From the NCBI GenBank assembly GCA_951406725.2, contig OX597818.1, positions 97,402,001-97,466,000 of the forward strand: a stretch of 64,000 bases of DNA, read 5' to 3'. The DNA is from Octopus vulgaris (Eukaryota). Shown here piece by piece: positions 1 to 13,064 of the stretch. Position 1 is the stretch's first letter. Each line of letters begins with the position of its first letter. The notes beneath the pieces are model-generated. The model saw nothing but the letters and a program-made list of their open reading frames with translations. It was not told where the DNA came from and did not search any database. The translations under genes were made by a program, and so were the position numbers.

Positions 1-83
1 CCCAAGGTGCCACACAGTGGGACTGAACCCGAAACCATGTAGTTCGTAAGCAAGCTACTTACCACACAACCACTCCTACGCCT
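1..83 (-). mobile_element. SINE family A (tRNA head plus CORE-like GCACCTTGGGCAAG domain), 5' part, truncated by window edge
   Basis: Reverse complement reads AGGCGTAGGAGTGGTTGTGTGGTAAGTAGCTTGC...GGTTCAGTCCC...GGCACCTTGGG, the same head as the full copies at 11310, 44101 and 52671. Confidence 0.85.
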
Positions 84-111
84 AGCTACTTACCACACAG
101 TCACTCCTTCC

Positions 112-930
112 TAAGTTTTAACATAGTTTCCTTTGAAATAGTCACCTTGTGTAGCAATACACTGGTCCCAGCATTCCTGTCACTTTTGGAATCCAGCCCA
201 GAAGTAATTTTCCATAAGCAAGTTGAGGACCTTCTACAATTTGCTCTTGATCTCAACAATGGTATTAAAACAGCAACCTTCGAGCTGCATTTTCATCTTG
301 GGGGATGAGATCGAAGTCTGCAGGTGCTAAATCTGGCAAATAGGGTGGGTGCAAAAGTGATACTATGTTGTTTTTGGCAAGAAGCTCACAAGTGAGGTGA
401 GCTTAGTGATAGGATACATTCGTGAAGAATCCAATTCTTTGTGCTCCATAGATCTGGTCGCTTTCACCAAATGTCCTCCCTGAAATGCTTCAAAGCATCA
501 TTAATTGTCCTCCAATGGTCCTCATACACAAGCTGATGAATTTTCTTCGCATATCTGGGGGTAATGCTTGTGGCAAGTCTTCCAGATCACTCATCGTTTT
601 CCAGGGACATTCTTCTCCTTTTGAAGTGCCTGTGTTGCTTGAAACATTGCATACGATCCATTGCCTCATTACCATAAGCTTGCTGAAGCATGTTCAATGT
701 CTTTGTAGCAGACTTGCCAAGTTTAATACAAAATTTTACATGGGTTCTTTGTACCTGTCCTTGACAAGAATTGCAGACTCCAGCCAACACGTGATTATAA
801 AAACACAACTTTTACAATTTGCGAAGTAAACACTGTGATGTCACTCAACACACTGCCTCATGAAGGTCACTGCTAGGTCTCACTGCACATGTAACCATAT
901 CTGTTGGCGTGCTACAGAAACTTGCCTGGG
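112..930 (-). mobile_element. Degenerate, internally deleted mariner transposon
   Basis: ORF 587-808 encodes the mariner N-terminal HTH (VKFCIKLGKSATKTLNMLQQAYGNEAM...FKRRRMSLENDE). Region about 120-355 encodes HPPYLPDLAPADF and the C-terminal WDQCIATQGDYF, with stops and frameshifts. Confidence 0.85.
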
Positions 931-1212
931 AATAGTCATTGGTATAGATTTCTGTGCAGTTCATGATACTCATAAATAAATGGCAGTTAGGCAACAATTG
1001 TCGTCATTATTGAGTTGCTAAGATCTTGATGAATTGTTTATAACCTACTTTTAATTCCTAGTTGCAATCGTTTCCTTAGTATGTTAATGACTTCCTTGAA
1101 GAAATATTATGACTGTTGTATTTTCCTATCTTCTGAAAATATTCATGGCTTCAGGCTGGTATAAGCAATCTTCAATGTTGTTGTCATCATCATCATCACC
1201 AACAATAACAAC

Positions 1213-1405
1213 GAGGTGGTGGTGAGCTGGCAGAATTGTTGGAATATTTCTTCCAGCTATTAATATTCTGAGTTCAAATCTTGGCATGGTCAGCTTTATT
1301 TTTCATCTTTTGAAGACCATAAAATAAAGTTCTAACCGAGTACTGGGGTTGATGTAGTTGACTTACTCGCTCTCCTCAAAACTGCTGACCTTGTGCCAAA
1401 ATTAT
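1213..1405 (+). mobile_element. SINE family B (Nin/Deu-like GCCTTTCATCCTTT-GGGGTCGATAA domain), diverged
   Basis: GGTGGTGAGCTGGCAGAATTGTT...TTCTGAGTTCAAAT...TTTCATC...CTGGGGTTGATGTAGTTGACT matches the consensus of the many other copies. Confidence 0.75.
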
Positions 1406-1416
1406 TATTATTGAGT

Positions 1417-1897
1417 GAGAGCACAGTGCATGCCATCAAAGTGACACTGGGGTAAAATATACAATGCCTAGTATACTCATCATAACTACCTGTCTGATAA
1501 GGGTACACTAGGCACAAACATCACAATCATATGTGCACAACATGGTGATCTCATATCAAGATAAACAGTGCATGACCTTGCAGGTGGGGCCCAGTTAGAA
1601 TTTTCTTAAGGTCAAGTAGCCCATCCTGCTCAAAAGGTCCCTGGATAAGGGTTGTTTAAGGATGTTGGATGAAACACCCATGTTTCCAATGGTGTATTAT
1701 CCAAAGAATTCCTCTCAACACATGGCTATGATGCTCCCCCACTACTGCTCATGATCAGAGATGCACATATCATCAGTCACCAAAGAACATGCTCAGTTGG
1801 TTGCGGTCAAACAACTGACAAGCAAATCTGAGGCATTGAGCAGAATATTTGCTGTAGCCCATCTTTTATACCAAGACAAAAGAATGTACATGATAAC
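1417..1897. repeat. Unclassified interspersed repeat (second partial copy inverted at about 9300-9478)
   Basis: About 1700-1860 is the approximate reverse complement of 9300-9478. Confidence 0.6.
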
Positions 1898-1924
1898 TTA
1901 TTATTATTATTAAAAATAGTAAGA

Positions 1925-2135
1925 TTGTGGATTGGTAGAATTGTTAGCATTCTGGGCTAGATGCATAGTGACATTTCATCCATCCTTATGTTCTGAGTTC
2001 AAATTTCACCAAGGTGAGCTTTGCCTTTCATCCTTTCCATGGCCAATAAAATAAGTACCAGTTGAACACTGAGGTCAATGTAATCAATGCACCCCCTCCC
2101 CCGAACTTGCTAGCCATGTGCCAAAATTTGTGACC
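1925..2135 (+). mobile_element. SINE family B, diverged, with (ATT)n tail, just upstream of the arfaptin acceptor
   Basis: TTCTGAGTTCAAAT...CTTTGCCTTTCATCCTTT...AAGTACCAGTTGAACACTG. Confidence 0.75.
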
Positions 2136-2211
2136 ATTATTATTATTATTGTTGTTGTTATTGATTTTAGTTATAATGGTTGTTTTTTCATTTCTGTTTC
2201 TTAAATTTCAG

Positions 2212-2364
2212 GTGAAAGTCATGCACAAGCAACTTCTTTTGTTCCACAATGCGGTGTCGGCATACTTCAGTGGGAATGAGACAGCTTTGGATGCAACATT
2301 GAAGCAGTTCAACATTAAATTGAAAACAGCCAATTCTTCAAAGCCATCTTGGATTGAACAGTAG
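2212..2364 (+). CDS. ARFIP2: Arfaptin (ARFIP1/2 family), terminal coding exon
   Basis: Polypyrimidine tract plus TTTCAG acceptor (AG 2210-2211), phase 0. [50 protein letters not shown] closely matches the arfaptin AH/BAR-domain C-terminus as recalled ([20 protein letters not shown]...QFNIKL...KPSWLEEQ). Paralog assignment is nominal. Confidence 0.93.
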   Translation: MKVMHKQLLLFHNAVSAYFSGNETALDATLKQFNIKLKTANSSKPSWIEQ

Positions 2365-3890
2365 TCAACTTCATTTTGTGACTTTGAGGAACCATGCACC
2401 TTGCAGGCCAAAGCACCTACATACGAATATACACAGAGATGTTCTTAGAATTACTTACACACACACACACATATGCACTCACACAAACACACAAACATAC
2501 ACACTATTATGTACATTGAAAATTGATGTTGAACAGATGTGCACTCTACCAGCTAAAGTGAAAATTTTTGGAGCCCATGTACATGCATGCCAACACAAAC
2601 CTTCAGAGATGGATGGTAAGAACAAATCAGCACTAATAAAAGGTGCCTGTTGTCTATTCCAGTACATGACACATCCGCTTGTGTACACTCTTACTTACCA
2701 ACACATATAGAAAACTGCCTTTGTGGAGAATAATTTTTACTACTTTTATATTGGTATTTACTAGATAAGTCTTTATTCCAAAATTAAGTCTATTATTCAA
2801 AACTGAGTTGCTTTCATGATGAAATTTTGTCTGTGATATCAGACATTATAAGATATTTGAAATAGAGAAGTGCGACAGATCCATTGATAGGGAAGCAAAC
2901 CACATATAGTTTTCTTGCCAGGTGACCTTATTATTTGTTCTATAACAGATCCTGCCATTCCATCTTCTCAAATTAAACAATATAATTTGTTTCTGTTATT
3001 TTGACAGTACTACTTTATTTCACCAAGATATTTCATTAACTATTTGCTGCAAACTTAGTGGCTGTTCTACTAGTATCTTCTATCATTGAGAGGTATCCAA
3101 CCCCAGTTAAATGTTTTTTTACAACGAAAAACAACACCTGAAGGTTAGAACTTGGATAGGATCTCACAATGGTGGGTATTAATAAAATTGCCTATCCTGC
3201 AAGCTTGCATACACATTTGTATATGCTTGCTTGCATGTGTGTGCACATGCAAGCACACACACACACACACTCTTCCCTGCCCTCTCTCTCTCTCCACTCA
3301 CAACAACAGTTCTTGTACTCAGACAACATTATTTCTGTATGTTATCTCTTTATAACAGTTCTCATGAATTCAATAGATGTTGCCCGATATAATTTCATTT
3401 CTCATTACTATGTTTGTAATGGGCTAGAAGGTTTTCTAAAGTATTATAGTAATGAAGGTTTTCTACAGCATTATAATAATGGCAATATATATCCTGTGAG
3501 TTGTAGTGTATTGCCATATTGTTAGGGAGTTAGATGCACAGTTGCTTGAAACACTAGGAAGATGTATCAGTGTTTTATTTTTTCTTTCTTTGTCATAAAT
3601 TTCTTGTTACATGTCATATCATCGGTTGGTTTGTAAGTAGTATGTGTACAAGTATGGCATATCTGCACAGTATGCAGAATTACAATGGGTTCAGTGTTAT
3701 CACATGGACAGTATTGTTTGTGCAGTTAGCAGTAACCAGAATAAAGGTCTTTGCTTCTCTGTTCATCACGAAAAGCCAGTCCATTGTTCAGAACCTTTGA
3801 GATTTGGCAACATGAACACAAGCTGTATGGATCCCACTTTCATTTGGCCTGCTTGCCTTGTTTAACTCTTTACTTGGGGAGAACCAAATT

Positions 3891-3921
<31 letters not shown>

Positions 3922-4668
3922 CATAAAAAATATACTTCTATGGATTGAGCTGGATTTTCCCTGCACCATTTTACCCTACCCCTATAAATCCTCTTTATAC
4001 TCCACTCTTTGGCCTTCTATTGGGAAAGGTCATCAGTAATTTAAAAGAAAATATTGGAAATCCTTCTATATTTCTCTGTAAATATTCATCCTTCCCCTGC
4101 CACCGCCACCACTATGTTGAACTTTCATTTAAGACTGTATTAAGCTGATATTCCAATTTTCTTTCTTTCTTTTCTTTGCTCACTTTGGTTTTTTTTCTTC
4201 TTTTTTGATCACTTCATCTTCCACCAAAGTGGAACTTTTGTTTTCTTCCAATTATCTAAGCATTAATTTTTACAATTACTTTATTTTCCTTTTTTTTTCA
4301 TCACACATACTTTTGTGAGGGGACAGAAATTAGTTTATTATTATAGGATTAAAATGACTTTCCATGTTGTTTATTATTACATTTTAGTAATTAATCAATT
4401 TAGATTGTTTCATTACATTACCAATCGTCATATACTTACAATTTATATTTGATTCTAGCTCTCTCTCACCTTTTTTTTAATTAATTATATGACTTTCAAT
4501 TATTAATTTTGGTTTTTAAATTATGTAAATTGCATTTTATTATTTTTTTTCTCCTGGAGTATGAAAAAAATACCAAATAAAAAAAGGAACATCTTGTACA
4601 ATCCTTGTAATTATAAGTCCTACAACAATGTCATTACTAACAACAGCAGCATCAACAACTTACAACAC

Positions 4669-4674
4669 AATAAA
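4669..4674 (+). terminator. Candidate polyadenylation signal of the arfaptin 3' UTR
   Basis: AATAAA followed by a U/GU-rich tract (TGTATCTGTTATTTGTCT). Other AATAAA copies exist (e.g. 4576), so the site is uncertain. Confidence 0.3.
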
Positions 4675-5599
4675 AACTTGATGTATCTGTTATTTGTCTC
4701 CAGAGCAAATGCTATGGTATCCTTAAAAAAAAAGTTATCTTATTCTTAAAAAAAAGTTAATAGTCTTTTTTTATAAGTGTTTTTTATTTTTGAGTGTATT
4801 TTCTTTATTCTCTTAACTATTGAAAGAGAGCAAACGAAAAAAAAAAGTTGCCCTCATGAAGTCTCATTGCCAAAATAGGTCTCTGGACATCTTTAAACTC
4901 AGAGATAAAAACAATATTTTTCTTTTATAATTTGAGATCTACTTTTGTAAGAAATTTCTATTTGCTGCATGAAATATTTAACTGTTACCTTTATAGTAAC
5001 TATAAACTGAGGATCCAATAGTAACAAGTGATTGGTAGTCAATTTAAGAATATCGAATGTACAGTTGTTAGAGGGTAAACTTAAAGATTCGGCATTCAGT
5101 ATACAAATAGGTTTGTTCGGTAAGGAGCTAGTGTAAAAAAACAATACTTATACTAGCGATACTTTTTTCTTTTATTTACAGCTAAATTTTGGTTAGTAAC
5201 ACAAATCCAACGACATTCACATATGATGTGCATAATCACTCATGTTCTCATAATTACATGTACATAGCATAATTTTACATGAATACTTATGAATACATAC
5301 ATGTTTGCCAGCAAAGTAGTGCTCATGAATATGATCCATAGACATGCCAGTATATATTTTCCTAAATGTATGTACACATACACACTCTCAATTTCTTTCA
5401 CAAAATGTCTTTGGCCAGAATAATTTATGCTCATACCTATCTCGCCAATATATATATATATATATTAGAAACTGTGATGGGTTTTGTTTATTTCAACAGG
5501 TATCTAAGATTTGTTGAAAATCTGGGTTTTAACTTGGACTTAAATACTAAGGGAAAATTTTATTATTCTTTCTAAATTATAAATACATATCTATAACTA

Positions 5600-5604
<5 letters not shown>

Positions 5605-5665
<61 letters not shown>
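5605..5665. repeat. (TA)n microsatellite
   Basis: About 30 TA units, directly visible. Confidence 0.95.
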
Positions 5666-5669
<4 letters not shown>

Positions 5670-7867
5670 GCATACACACACTAAAGAGTGTGTATATATA
5701 CACATGAATATATTTTAAATTCATCTCTTGTCAGTATTTTTAAAAATTAGTTGGTTGATTACATATAATTTTGTAAGAGGGGGAAAATGATTGGTAATTG
5801 ATGAGTATGAATATGATTTAAAGAGACATTTATAGAATGTGAGAAAAGGTCCTCAGCTATGAATCGGGGTCTTGAATTGGGTACTGAACAAAAATCACAT
5901 AGAAACGATTTTTGTCTTTTTTTTAGGGACTTTATTGTTAGAAATATTGTTTTATTGACATTCAAAATAACCCGGTTCCCATTCTCTTGAAAATAGTTTC
6001 TTTTCAATGAATATCTGTATAAAAATATTTGTATGTTAGTGTGTGTGGATGCATTTGTTACGCTTATGTACATATGTTTATGTATTTATAAGTCGCATAC
6101 ATCTTTGCATATCATATTTTTCAAACATCTTTTGTTTTTTAAAAAAATATTATAGTTTCTTGAAGGGTTTTTTTCTCTAAGACTAATATTTCAGTTTCCA
6201 TCTAGATAAGAGTATTTGCTGCAGTTATTACAAAAGAGGGAAAAACAAAGAAGCTGTTAAAAGACGTATGATGTATTCTCTAATGACCTGAACACTCTCA
6301 AGCATTATATTGTCTTTTGTTGAGGGACATAACTCTGCTTGCCTCAGTTTACCTCACTGACAACATGCTCCACCTATTCTCAAATTTCATAATGAAGATG
6401 TTAGAACTAGGAAGGACATCCATTAAAAAAAATGTTCTAACAATAAACATTCCACTCATGCTAGCATTGCAAACAATGGATGTAACAAACAATTGTTTCA
6501 TCAATGATGATAGTTAAGTCATTGGTGAATTTTCTCTTTCTTATTTTTATATCTCTTCTTCCTTTCCCTTCTGCATTTCCTAACAAAAACTTTGCCACTG
6601 ACTGCAGCATTTTCAAGAACCTATTCCTGGAAGCCCAGCTTTCAGCTTGGCAATTGAACTGCATATATGACAGATCTGTTACTAGTGGAAATTTGTTAAT
6701 GCTTTGCAAATTCTGGAAGACAAGCATTTGTGCCTCTATCTGTAGTGCTTCTGTTTAAATGCAAGTTTATGTCATCTACTGCTGTTTCATTTAACACCCT
6801 GCAGATTCATTATTGATATTAAACTGCAAGCATTTCAGATTGTTCAAACAGGAAGCAGTCTCCACCAGCTTTTTGCCATAACCATCACCTTATCTTAGTG
6901 CCTAAGTGTTTGGCTGTGGAGATGCACATGCTGTGTATTATGTTACCAGAACATTTACATTGCATTTGTCTAAAGTTTAATATAGTGAACAAGGTCTACT
7001 CTTTCTCCAGGGTATATAGTTGGTGTTGATACCAGCACTAGGTATCTGCCCATGCTTAAACATAGTGATTCAACTTGAGTGGTAGGGGATCTATATACCT
7101 AAGTGACATAGAGAGAAGCCATAAATTGGCCCAAGGAGCACACTAGAGTAGTGGAGGGAAAGGAAGGTGTTGTCTTATTCCTGTTAGATGGTTAATCCAC
7201 TTTCTATCAATACAGACATACACACACACACACATACACATAACTCTTTTAATTCATAAAATATTGTTGCGTCTATCAGCCTGAAACAATTTGTCCTTGA
7301 AGTTCAAAGTCTTAGGAGAAACCAGACTATGAAAAATATTATTCTCTCTCTCTCTCTCTCTCTCCATAAAGGAATCATTGCAGAAAATAATTGAAAGTAT
7401 TAAAATAAAAATATTCGTTTATCTTGAGAATTGCTTATTTATTTATTTGTTGTTGTGTGGTGGATGAATAATTAAAGGACTGAAACAGTGTAATGGGTTC
7501 AAGTGTAGCTCTTTGAATCCTCAGTTAAAACACTTCATCTGCCTCATTCAAGTTAATCGGGTATATAACACTGCAATAAAAAACAATATAGCTATCATGC
7601 TAAAGCTGTTGATAAATCAGATTATGAATGTTGAAAATGTTGCTAGTGAGATTACTCAAACCCATGTTTAGGCAAGATTAATAATTTCTGTGACTTTTTT
7701 TAATATATATATAATGTCATGATGTGATGTTCTCGTTTATTTTTCAAATTTCTCACCAAAAGAGGAAGAGCCAGGATCTAATTCAATGACAAGGCCTTTT
7801 CAGAATTTGGAGAATATCAACTAGGTATTTGTTCATGTATACCTATATATATATATATATATATATA

Positions 7868-8255
7868 TCATCATCATCATTTAACGTCCGCTTTCCATGC
7901 TAGCATGGGTTGGACAATTTGACTGAGGTCTGGCGAACCAGACTCCAATCTGATCTGGCAGTTTCTACAGCTGGATGCCCTTCCTAACGCCAACCACTCC
8001 AAGAGTGTAGTGGGTGTTTTTATATGCCATCGGCATGAGGGCCAGTTTGGTGGTACTGGCAACGTGCTCAAATGGTGCTTTTTACGTGCTACTTGCGCAG
8101 GAGCCAGTCCAGCAGCACTGGCGACGACCTTGCTCAAATATTTCACGTGCCACCAGCACAAATGCTAGTAAGGCGACACGATAACCATCACGCTCAAATG
8201 GTGTGCTTAAACGTGCCATCGGCACGAAGGCCAACTTGTTGCTCTGGCAACGATC
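7868..8255 (-). mobile_element. SINE family C (GGAAGGGCATCCAGC domain, (GAT)n tail) with internal tandem subunits
   Basis: (TCA)n-TTTAACGTCCGCTTTCCATGCTAGCATGGGTTGGAC...CTGGATGCCCTTCCTAACGCCAACC, followed by repeated CTCAAATGGTG...ACGTGCCA units. Confidence 0.85.
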
Positions 8256-8265
8256 TATATAATAA

Positions 8266-8305
<40 letters not shown>

Positions 8306-8526
8306 GAAAATGGATTGAATAACTTGCATAACACTATTTCAATATCAATTCACCAGTAGTAATTCAATAAATATTACAAAATTCCAAATGTCTAACCAAT
8401 GATATGATCAACCTTGCTGTATGATAATATTTGTTAGCCAATATCCGTACATGAGCTTTGTAAAGCAAACTACAAATTTTAGATTTAAATCAAACATATA
8501 TATATATGCACACATTTTATTTATTT

Positions 8527-8811
8527 ATGCGCCTTTTTCAAGCCTAGCCAGGCTCATGGGCCTGGTTTTCCGGTTTCTATGGCATATGTGTTCCCCCAAC
8601 TGGACGGGATGCCAGTCCATCGCAGCGTTACTCAAGAAACGGGAAGAATGAATGAGAGAAAGTTGGGGGTTAAAGAGTACAACAGGGGTCGCCACCACCC
8701 CTTGCCAGAGCCTCGTGGGGCTTTAGGTGTTTACGCTCGGTCTGCAGATCGAAACCGCGATCCTCTGACCGTGAGTCTGCTGCCCTAACCACTGGGCCAT
8801 TGCACCTCCAC
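8527..8811 (-). mobile_element. SINE family D (tRNA head GTGGAGGYGC..TGG..AGTGGTTAGGG)
   Basis: Ends ...CCCTAACCACTGGGCCATTGCACCTCCAC and shares GGACGGGAYGCCRGTCCRTCGCAG with 62057-62307. Confidence 0.8.
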
Positions 8812-11309
8812 ATATGCACACATATGTATATGGATGTATGTATACTTATATGCAAGTATGGATGACATTGCATCTGTAGATCTGTATGTTTTACACTTAT
8901 ACATGTGTACATATACATATATCTGCATGTCTACATGTGTCTGTATATATACTTATAATATACTAAGCTTCTGACATGTTTTACATATTTTCACACTTAT
9001 TTCAATGGCCAGTAGGTGTAATTTTCTAATTAGCAGTGTCCTATATGGTTTCTTATGTGCAGGCTAGCTTCTGAAAATTGGTACTAAAGCAGTTTGTTAC
9101 AGATCCAACTACCCTAATAATTACACTGTATCACAATTTCTTTTTTCTGACCTGGTCAGTAAGTGTTATTTCCTATTTGCTTCTATATAGAAATCAAAGG
9201 AAATGACAACTATTCCCTTCGACTTGGAGATAAATGTTTCAAAACTGACTGACTTTCCATTACATTTCCAATAGATTCAACAGTGAGTTGCTGAGACAGA
9301 AATATTGTTATAGCAAACATTCTACTCAAAACCACAGATTTGCTCGTCAGTTGCTTGACAATAACAACTTGAGCATGTCCCTTAGTGGTTGACAGTATGT
9401 GCATCTTTGATCACGAGCAGAAGTAATGGGGGAGCATCACAGCCATGTTTTGAAAGGGATTCTTTGGGGTTTGAATAAATGCAACAAAAGCAGTTTGAAG
9501 GAAATAACCATTTTTCATACTTTCTAGAGGTAAGCAAATAAGAAGTAACACTTGCTATCCAAGGACAAAAATTACATTACATAGTGTTTAGGTGTAAATC
9601 GAAAGCTATTGTCTGGGTAGAGTAACTGCATATTTCTCATCAGATGTTTTCTTTTTTTCCATCTCACCTTATGTTAATAATCACTGCTGGGCGGCTGATT
9701 TCTATTGTATTGTACAATTTTTTAACTCTGTCTCAAATCATTGTGTTTGATCTGTTATATTTGCATTTCATTGAGGTCTTGGCAGGAACATTTCACTAGT
9801 ATACTTTCATATATTATTGAATATATTACATCTCTGTAACTTGTGTTTTTATCATCAAGATTATCCTTTGCATTGTATATACTACAATGTTTTCTCCTTG
9901 ACATCATGCTTTATAGGTAGTATATGATATTTTTGGATAGCTGATTATCATGTGGGTGTCATCCTTGGTGGCAATATTACAGAGTTTGCATTGGTTGTCA
10001 CATCTAGATTGTTTATTTGCATTAGGTATTTCTTGTTGCTGTATTTCAAAATCTCAGTAAAGTGAGAGCTAAATACTGGTTGTTGGTTCAAGAAAGAACT
10101 TCTTTGGATAGCTATGTTGCTGTCATTTTGAAAGCTTTCTGGCCACTTTGTCATGCACGAAATTCTGCTAATATGTATACAGTTTTTTATCAGATGACCT
10201 ACAGTTGTATGAGTTCTCTTTGGATGTATCCCTGATCACCAGTCAGTGGATATTTTTCAAGGGTCTCCTTTCCAACTCATGTTATATTTCTCATGTATGC
10301 AGACTTGATCCATAGCTGTGCTTTAACACTTAGTGGTTAATAGATGTTAAAGGGATATGATGTGGCATTTGAAGGTTGTTTGGATCAATGTTAAGCCCTT
10401 GCCATCCTGTGTTTCATTTTAGATCTGTATCATTATTGGAAATATATGGAAATTTCTGTTGTTGGTTAACAGTTTGTGGCTTTTAACGTATACTATCTGG
10501 ATCTCATCTAACATCCAATTGAGCAGCCCAGATGTTATGAGCTCTGGTACAGCAAACACATTGTGAGTTTTTGGAGAAAGTTTTGAAGACCTTATGTTAT
10601 AATTCAAGTGTTACAATCCTTGGTTACACATTGCATGTTATACATTCCACTGTGAATTATGTTTTCACCCATCCCTAAGTACCTGGAACATTCCCCATAA
10701 GATATCACTGAAATAGTCAGGGCATTGATAATGTCATTAAATTGGCTTGTAGTTCTTCCTTGTTTTACAGCCATGTTGAAACATTTATCCTAGCCAATCT
10801 CCATCCCTGGATCCTTTGAGGATATTGTTTCACGGCTGGATAGATGCATTTCTTCTGGTTTTGTTTTTCAGATTTTTCAGCAAAGGAGGAAAAATTAGTT
10901 TTTAAGTTAGAAACAAGGTTCTTTCATTGGAATTTAGACATCAACTGGGTAGTTGTGTATATATGCATGTACATATGTATGTGCACATCTGCATATATAA
11001 ACCTCTGTTTTGATGTATCTATGTGTACACATATTCCGTGTGTAAACACTTATTACGTGCTAAACTTCTGGAATGTTTTTTATATTTTCACGTTTCTATT
11101 AATTACTTATTGCTGTAATATCCTAATTATCAATGTCCTCTCTGGTTGTGCAACCTAACTTCTCAAGATTGGAACTGAGACAGTTAATTACATAACCAAC
11201 TTCACTAATAATTATAGGTATGAATTTATAGCTATTGTCCAGCTAGAATACTAGCAGATTGTTCATTAGTTTTGTACAGATGTTTCATTTTGCACTAATC
11301 TTTCACATA

Positions 11310-11479
11310 GGTGCAGGAGTGGCTGTGTGGTAAGTAGCTTGCTTACCAACCACATGATTCCGGGTTTATTCCCACTGTGTGGCACCTTGGGCAAGTGTCT
11401 TTTACTATAGTCTCAGGCCGCCAAAGCCTTGTGAGTGGATTCGGTAGGCGGAAACTGAAAGAAGCCCATCGTATATATG

Positions 11480-11512
<33 letters not shown>

Positions 11513-11731
11513 GTGTATATGTTTGTGTATCCGTGTTTATCCCCCGACCATCGCTTGACAACCGATGTTGGTATATTTACATCCCAATAATATAGCGGTT
11601 TGGCAAAAGAGACTGATAGAATAAGTACCAGGTTTACAAAGAATAAGTCCTGAGGTCGATTTGCTTGACTAAAGGCAGTGCTCCAGCATGGCCGCAGTCA
11701 AATGACTGAAACAAGTAAAGAGTAAAAGAGT
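11310..11731 (+). mobile_element. SINE family A, full length, with internal (TA)n(TG)n
   Basis: GGTGCAGGAGTGGCTGTGTGG head through CAGCATGGCCGCAGTCAAATGACTGAAACAAGTAAAGAG tail. Confidence 0.92.
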
Positions 11732-12409
11732 ATAACATCTGCTGGGCAACTGATACTGCTGTGCACAGTGTCTTTCCTCTGCTCGCATCATTATACCTAA
11801 TATGTTATAGTTGCATTGCACTGAGAGTTTCACAGGAACTTTCCATCAGTATCCTTTCATATAATGTGTGATTATGTTCTTGTACATATCTATCACATCA
11901 TTTCATTGTCTACTTTTCCATGCTTGCATGAGTTAGACAGAATTTGCTGGAGTAGATTTTCTGCAGCTCGATGCCCTTCATGTCTTCAGTCTGATGAGTA
12001 GTGCTAGTGCTTTATAGGTGCAAAACCAATGGTCACTCAATGACTGGCCATGACTTTTAACTTTATATATATATTTCTATATCTATCTAATTATTTTAAC
12101 TAATTTATCCATTACCCATCTCGCCTCTCGTGTATTCATCAACCATCGTGTATTCGCGGTGCACCCGCCCTGCCCACCCCCACCACCAATACCGGATATC
12201 TCTATTTTTGCTCCATCCATACCGGATGTCGCTTCTCCCACCACCATAATAGGTGTCTACTCTTCGAACCCCCTCTTCAATACGCTATTTCACCATGCAT
12301 TACCCCTCTCTTGATATCCTACGTTCTACTTGCCTAGAACCTGTCATCATTTCTCTGAACCACCCCTCCCCACTGGTGCTCCCCTATATTTCTGCACCCC
12401 CCCTACATA

Positions 12410-12646
12410 AAAAAAGCACCATCCGAACGTGGCCGATGCCAGACCCCTCTGGCACCTGTGCAGGTGGCACGTAAAAAACACCCACTACACTTGCGGAGTG
12501 GTTGGCGTTAGGAAGGGCATCCAGCCGTAGAAACTCTGCCAGACTAGACTGGAGCCTGGGGCAGTCCCTAGCTCCCCAGACCCCGGTCGAAACCGTCCAA
12601 CCCGTGCTAGCGCGGAAAACGGACGTTAAACGATGATGATGATGAT
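12410..12646 (+). mobile_element. SINE family C
   Basis: GTGGTTGGCGTTAGGAAGGGCATCCAGCCGTAGAA...GGACGTTAAACGATGATGATG. Confidence 0.85.
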
Positions 12647-12661
12647 ATATATATATATATA

Positions 12662-13052
12662 CGAGCTAAACACCCCCTGTCCAATGGACAGTGTTGAGTT
12701 GTCAAACATTTAAACCAAATTTTCTCAAAACAACTTGTCTGACCATCCCATTTTGTGGCATTATTTCAAGCCAGCCGGCTTTTTTGCAAAACTGCACATG
12801 CATTTTTCTTGCATATGCATAGTATCGATTATAACAGCTGATGTACTTGCGCATACAAATGCACGTTCCCACGGCTTTATCGATTGCATTCTCAACTGGA
12901 ATCGATTTTTTTTTGTAATTTTTTCAAGACTTATACATGCCCTGATACCGTCAGTATCTACATATCAAATTTGAGCGCAATCGGATGAAGGATGTCCAAG
13001 ATCCTAGAAGACACACACACAGACAGACAGAACGGATTTTATATAATAAATA
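12662..13052 (-). mobile_element. Non-autonomous Helitron-like element
   Basis: Minus strand begins TATTATATAAAATCCGTTCTGTCTGTCTGTGTG, a typical 5' microsatellite. It ends with hairpin CTGTCCATTGGACAG (12677-12691) about 15 nt before a terminal CTCG|T. No TSD. Confidence 0.6.
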
Positions 13053-13064
13053 TATATATACAGG

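Noticed and set aside
9063-9158. Exon-like plus-strand segment with AG/GTAAGT boundaries
   Set aside because: Contains stops and has no supporting neighbours; such signals are common by chance in AT-rich DNA.
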